From an uncultured Gammaproteobacteria bacterium (lineage in GTDB: Bacteria; Patescibacteriota; Microgenomatia; Daviesbacterales; UBA10151): a stretch of DNA of 64,000 nt. The position numbers and the translations under genes are program-made. The notes beneath the pieces are model-generated. The model was given only the letters and a program-made list of their open reading frames with translations. It was not told the DNA's origin and did no database searches. The stretch spans positions 8,316 to 72,315 of the forward strand of contig CAYMZD010000004.1 in NCBI GenBank assembly GCA_964394855.1, in the 5' to 3' direction. Below are positions 58,390 through 64,000 of this stretch, one piece after another (the first letter of the stretch is position 1; every line of letters begins with the position of its first letter).

Positions 58390-59282
58390 GATGGAATATG
58401 TAATATATTGGGAGTGGGAGCAATCAGAACTTGCGGCCAAGTTTTAGGGTACAAAGTCAGAATGATTTTGCTAAAAACAAAGGCGAAATCATGAGGGTAT
58501 TTGCTTGGCTCTAATACAGAATCTTCCTGATCAAGATTTTTAACTTCCTCGAGCTTTAGCAGATATTCTATTCTGTTGGCAGTAAATATATCAAGGTTTC
58601 GTTTATGGGTTGGCCAAAAAATCAGACTTGCCTGGTATTCGGCACAAAAAGCAAAAAGCTCGCTCATGCCTTCCATGCCTTCGAAAATAGGAAACCGGAT
58701 CAACACTTTTGGCAGTTTTCCACCCTTGGTATAAAGCCGTTTGGATATTCTAAGCAGCAGCAGGTTTTCCTTCTTATTGGAGTAATACCAAAGTTTGTGT
58801 TGATGCCAGTAAACATGTCCGAATTCATGGACAATAGTAGCCAGGTAACTTTCGCGGGTGATGTAGGGATTGTCTTTACGTCTTTTCTTTTGCAGTTCAA
58901 TAAAAGGTGTAAGTAATCCACCGCTTATTCGTGGAACTTCAAAGATAGTTTTTTGTTTTATTGACTTGGGAAGGTATTTTTCTATTTTTCTATCCAACAA
59001 TCCCGCACACCATCCAGATTGCCATTCATCTTTAATTTTTGATTTATGAGGAATTTTGTAAAGGTGGTATTGTTCCAAACCACATTCTAATGTATCTAAA
59101 CCATTTATTCCTTTTGGACTCCAAATGTAAATAAATTGACTATCATAGGAAATTACTACTACAGTTTTCTCGATTTTAGATTTATCCGCAAATATGAACT
59201 TTAGCTTTGGGTTCCAAACAAAGTTTATTCCCTCCTCTATTACCAGAAGATCTTGTTTTGTTGCTTTGTAGTCTTCAAACAT
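58386..59282 (-). CDS. HExxH putative zinc metallopeptidase
   Basis: TIVHEFGH with downstream SELFA. Confidence 0.55.
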   Translation of the reverse strand: MFEDYKATKQDLLVIEEGINFVWNPKLKFIFADKSKIEKTVVVISYDSQFIYIWSPKGINGLDTLECGLEQYHLYKIPHKSKIKDEWQSGWCAGLLDRKIEKYLPKSIKQKTIFEVPRISGGLLTPFIELQKKRRKDNPYITRESYLATIVHEFGHVYWHQHKLWYYSNKKENLLLLRISKRLYTKGGKLPKVLIRFPIFEGMEGMSELFAFCAEYQASLIFWPTHKRNLDIFTANRIEYLLKLEEVKNLDQEDSVLEPSKYPHDFAFVFSKIILTLYPKTWPQVLIAPTPNILHIPS

Positions 59283-59355
59283 ATGGCTAAATGATAGCAG
59301 ATTTATAAAAAAGGTGCTTTACAAAGTAATAGGGCATGTTACATGATTAAGCTAT

Positions 59356-60144
59356 ATGACAGGTCTTTTGAATTTAGTTTCCTTAAGACTTTGGCAAATT
59401 GATTTTACCAAACCTTTGGTTTATTTCGATCTTTTTTTAGCCTCATTTTTGATCATAGCTTTTCTGGTTTATATTCGTCGCTTCCCAGTTTTTAGAGTAT
59501 TTTTAGGACTACTGTTTTTGCTGGTGGCTGCCTCTTTATTTTTTCTAACTGGTTTTATTTTTACTGCTTTGGTTTTTGGTGTGGTCAGTAATTTAATCTT
59601 AATTGCCATGCCCCTTATTTTTGCCCCGGAAATTCGTCATTACCTAGAAAAATTGGGGCGTTTCCCTTTTTTACATATTCCAGCAGTGGGTGAGAAACGG
59701 ACGAAAGATCAATTAATTCGTAACCTGGTAGGAGCGATATTTGATCTGGCAGCACACAGCAAAGGAGCAATCGTGGTATTGCAGCGGCAAACAGGCTTGG
59801 GTGAAATTGTGGAGACAGGAGCAATCATTGATGCCAGATTGGGAACAAAGCTACTGCAGAATATCTTTTTCCCCAAAAGTCCTTTGCATGATGGGGCAGT
59901 GGTCATCAAAGATGGTCGGATTTTGGCTGCAGGTTGTATCATACCTCTTCATCCTGAAGTCAAGCTTGATCCACCTTTTGGCTTAAGACATCGGGCTGGG
60001 CTTTCCATCACCAAAGACACAGATGCCATCAGCATTATGGTGTCAGAACAAAGAGGAGAGGTCTCTCTGGCTGAAAATGGGAAACTCAATATAAATTTAA
60101 ATAGAGCTGAATTAACTTCAAACTTGCAAAAATTATGGCAATAA
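59356..60144 (+). CDS. dacA: diadenylate cyclase (CdaA/DacA type)
   Basis: TMs, PLHDGA, GLRHRA, VSEQRG. Confidence 0.9.
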   Translation: MTGLLNLVSLRLWQIDFTKPLVYFDLFLASFLIIAFLVYIRRFPVFRVFLGLLFLLVAASLFFLTGFIFTALVFGVVSNLILIAMPLIFAPEIRHYLEKLGRFPFLHIPAVGEKRTKDQLIRNLVGAIFDLAAHSKGAIVVLQRQTGLGEIVETGAIIDARLGTKLLQNIFFPKSPLHDGAVVIKDGRILAAGCIIPLHPEVKLDPPFGLRHRAGLSITKDTDAISIMVSEQRGEVSLAENGKLNINLNRAELTSNLQKLWQ

Positions 60145-60160
60145 GTTAAAATCCGCCCAT

Positions 60161-60697
60161 ATGGTTAAGGAAATTAGTTCTTCTGCCGTGGCAGTGCGAC
60201 GTGTGGAGATGACAGTGGTGACAGGAATTCCCCAATCAAGCATACCAAGCAGTAATTATCAGGTTTCCAAACAAGCGGCAGAACTGGTGGCGGGAACAAG
60301 CATACCCCAAACTGCTGTGGCCAAGGCTTTACATGAAGGGCATGGTTATCCCTTAGCTAAAATTTCCACCAATCAGCCATTTAAAGTGAGGGAAGACTCT
60401 CCTGTTAGCGCCGTAGGAGTGCACCAGGGGACAGGGGCGGTGGTGTTATATGAGGTCCAAAGGGCAGAGGCTCCTTTATTGAGTACTCCCCAGGAAGAGT
60501 TAGCTTTGGTTCAAAGGCCACAAACCTTGGTAGCTAAAGGTGGAGAAGGTGAAGAAAAAATGGTAAGTCTGGTGGTGGTGATGCCAGATCAGCCAGAAAA
60601 ATTAGCGGCAGCCAATGAAGTTAGTGCAGTAACAGAAGAAGCAGATAGAGATAGAGAAAGATCAGCATGGGCAGAGGCTATCTTAAGAAAATATTAG
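60161..60697 (+). CDS. hypothetical protein
   Basis: 178-aa ORF behind TAAAAT. Confidence 0.55.
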   Translation: MVKEISSSAVAVRRVEMTVVTGIPQSSIPSSNYQVSKQAAELVAGTSIPQTAVAKALHEGHGYPLAKISTNQPFKVREDSPVSAVGVHQGTGAVVLYEVQRAEAPLLSTPQEELALVQRPQTLVAKGGEGEEKMVSLVVVMPDQPEKLAAANEVSAVTEEADRDRERSAWAEAILRKY

Positions 60698-60698
60698 G

Positions 60699-60838
60699 TT
60701 GACAATTTGAACTTTTTAGGTTAAAATAATTGTGTCTTAAAAAAAGACAGACAGGAGAAAGTCACGTACCAGAGGTGTACATGATACTACTTTCAGAAAT
60801 ATGTAAAGCATATTTTTAAATTTAATAGCTCTTTAACA
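60699..60838 (+). promoter_or_regulatory. rRNA promoter and boxA
   Basis: TTGACA-17nt-TAAAAT (60699-60727); boxA-like GCTCTTTAACA at 60828. Confidence 0.75.
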
Positions 60839-60879
60839 ACCGAAGAAGTGAAATAAAAAACCATTCTTCGGTTTTTTAG

Positions 60880-60945
60880 TGGTGAGCGAAGTCGTACATT
60901 CGATAAACTCAGTACGACACTGAGTACAATCGAAGTGTCGAACCA
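60880..60945. repeat. nested REP-like palindromes in the 16S leader
   Basis: TGGTGAGCGAAGTC...GTCGAACCA enclosing GTACATTCGATAAACTCAGTAC and CACTGAGTACAATCGAAGTG. Confidence 0.65.
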
Positions 60946-60972
60946 TTGACTCCGAAGAAGTGGTGGGAGATT

Positions 60973-62461
<1,489 letters not shown>

Positions 62462-62676
62462 TGGAGTATTTGATTAAACTTTATGATTTCTTAAATCCCG
62501 AGCGATCCCGAGTTTATCGAGGGAGAGTAGAAGGAAAGATAGCAGGAGTTTAATCCATGTTCAATCTCACGATTGGACGAGCCCCGTAGATGGCGGGGCG
62601 AAAAGCGCTGATAATACGCTGTTCCAATAAGTCAATTTGGAATAATTACTATCCCCACCACTTCTTTGGAGTTAAG

Positions 62677-62707
62677 AAAAAACCCCCATTTATCTGGGGG
62701 TTTTTTT
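62677..62707 (+). terminator. intrinsic terminator after 16S
   Basis: AAAAAACCCCCA-loop-TGGGGGTTTTTTT. Confidence 0.82.
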
Positions 62708-62728
62708 GTGCTAAAATTTACCTTGTCT

Positions 62729-62801
62729 GGCCACGTACCCAAGTAGCTAAGGGAACGGTCTGCAAAACCGTGATTCGTCGGTGCAAGTCCGATCGTGGCC
62801 T
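62729..62801 (+). tRNA. tRNA-Cys (GCA)
   Basis: GGCCACG/CGTGGCC, ACGGT-CTGCAAA-ACCGT, U73. Confidence 0.9.
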
Positions 62802-62817
62802 CCCAAGCAAATAACAT

Positions 62818-62892
62818 GGGCATTTAGTTCAGCGGTAGAACGCTTCTCTGATAAAGAAGAGGTGGATGGTTCAACTCCATCAGTGCCCACCA
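62818..62892 (+). tRNA. tRNA-Ile (GAU)
   Basis: GGGCATT/AGTGCCC, CTTCT-CTGATAA-AGAAG, encoded CCA. Confidence 0.92.
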
Positions 62893-63890
62893 TGAACGTT
62901 GTTTCTGCCCAATTTGTTAAGGATAAAAAAGTTTTGCTTCGTTTGGATCTTGATGTCTCTATTGAAGATGGCAAAGTAACAGAAGATTTTAGGTTAAAAG
63001 CTGCACTATCCAACCTTAATTTATGTCTTCAAAATGCGCCGGAGGTTATCATAATGGGTCATATTGGCAGGCCCACCTTTGCCGAGGCTACGGTGGGCAA
63101 GCCTTCGGTTGCTCCCATTTGGGATTGGCTGGTGGAGCAAGGATATGGTGCGGTGCTGAAAAGTGGCAAATTAAAGTTACTGGAAAATTTAAGATTTGAA
63201 CCTGGTGAAGATTCTAGGGACTTAGATTATGCCAAAGAGCTAGCTTCGTATGGAGAATTTTATGTCAATGAGGCTTTTGCCGCTTATCACCCCAGTGCCT
63301 CCACCACTATTTTACCCACCCTTTTGCCTCACGCAGCAGGACTTCACTTTGCCAAGGAGGTGGAGAAATTAACTAAAGTCCATGCCAACCCCAAAAGACC
63401 ACTGGTAGTGATAATTGGCGGAGTTAAGGCAGAAGACAAATTGCCAGCAATTTCGGCCATGGCTAAAATTGCTGATACGGTTTTGGTAGGGGGAAAAATA
63501 ATTTCTGAAACTCATCTAATTGGTCAAATTAGCCCCAATATATTAGTAGGGAAATTAAATGTGGGGGGGGATGATATATCGGTAGAAACAATAAGTTTAT
63601 GGAAGTCAGTGATTAAAAGTGCAGGTATGGTGGTGTGGAATGGACCCTTGGGTAAAATTGACAATGGACAATTGACAATGGACACTTTGGGAAGTGCTAA
63701 AGGTACATCTGAAATAGCTAGGGCTGTTATAGAATCAGGAGCAGAAAGTATTGTTGGCGGCGGGGATACAATTAGCCTATTAGACCAATTAGACTTATTG
63801 GACAAATTTGATTTTGTTTCTGTGGGCGGTGGAGCCATGCTGAAGTTTTTAGCAGAAGGAACTTTACCCACTATTGAAGCCTTGACTTAA
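62892..63890 (+). CDS. pgk: phosphoglycerate kinase (compact)
   Basis: HIGRP, LLENLRF, WNGPLG, GGGDT, SVGGGA; true start is the ATG at 62892. Confidence 0.92.
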   Translation: MNVVSAQFVKDKKVLLRLDLDVSIEDGKVTEDFRLKAALSNLNLCLQNAPEVIIMGHIGRPTFAEATVGKPSVAPIWDWLVEQGYGAVLKSGKLKLLENLRFEPGEDSRDLDYAKELASYGEFYVNEAFAAYHPSASTTILPTLLPHAAGLHFAKEVEKLTKVHANPKRPLVVIIGGVKAEDKLPAISAMAKIADTVLVGGKIISETHLIGQISPNILVGKLNVGGDDISVETISLWKSVIKSAGMVVWNGPLGKIDNGQLTMDTLGSAKGTSEIARAVIESGAESIVGGGDTISLLDQLDLLDKFDFVSVGGGAMLKFLAEGTLPTIEALT

Positions 63891-63919
63891 AGGTCTCACA
63901 AGTGTTTTACTTAAATTAG

Positions 63920-64000
63920 ATGCCCAAAAACCAAAAGGGATTTGCCCATATTTTGTTGCTTATTTTACTGCTGGCAGGTATTGCCCTGGGAGTTTATCTG
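63920..64000 (+). CDS. protein with pilin-like (class III) signal peptide, truncated by window end
   Basis: MPKNQKG-FAHILLLILLLAGIALGVYL. Confidence 0.55.
   Translation, partial: MPKNQKGFAHILLLILLLAGIALGVYL

Noticed and set aside
62604-62620. tRNA-Ile remnant in the 16S trailer (AGCG-CTGATAATA-CGCT)
   Set aside because: Only a short hairpin with an anticodon-like loop; no cloverleaf
62781-62891. N-terminal extension of PGK in the ORF track
   Set aside because: It runs through two tRNA genes; the real start is ATG 62892

Overview
A 64-kb, low-GC bacterial chromosome segment in genetic code 11. The divergent 16S signatures and gene content point to Patescibacteria/CPR, most likely Microgenomates (OP11). 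The backbone is housekeeping and repair genes (trxB, sodN/sodX, Xer-like recombinase, trpS, ftsH, polA, mutM, recF, ATP-dependent ligase, EndoQ, pth, uppS, dacA, pgk), five tRNAs and a stand-alone 16S rRNA gene, with several accessory islets between them. Main candidates for undescribed systems: (1) a direct-repeat-flanked lasso-like RiPP cassette (unannotated 49-aa precursor, RRE, Asn-synthetase-like cyclase) with no leader peptidase; (2) a leader-peptide attenuator ahead of an ATP-grasp/HAD/YbaK/trpS operon; (3) a radical SAM/SPASM enzyme with a CxxxC-repeat precursor; (4) a prenyl synthase/glycosyltransferase island; (5) palindromic and heptamer micro-insertions inside core genes, linked to GIY-YIG and four-helix-bundle genes. 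Other oddities are tRNA-Ile(UAU), a circularly permuted DsbA, a hidden NrdR-like gene, a degenerate PyrB and a pgk start codon overlapping a tRNA CCA. All calls come from reading motifs by eye; no database searches were run.
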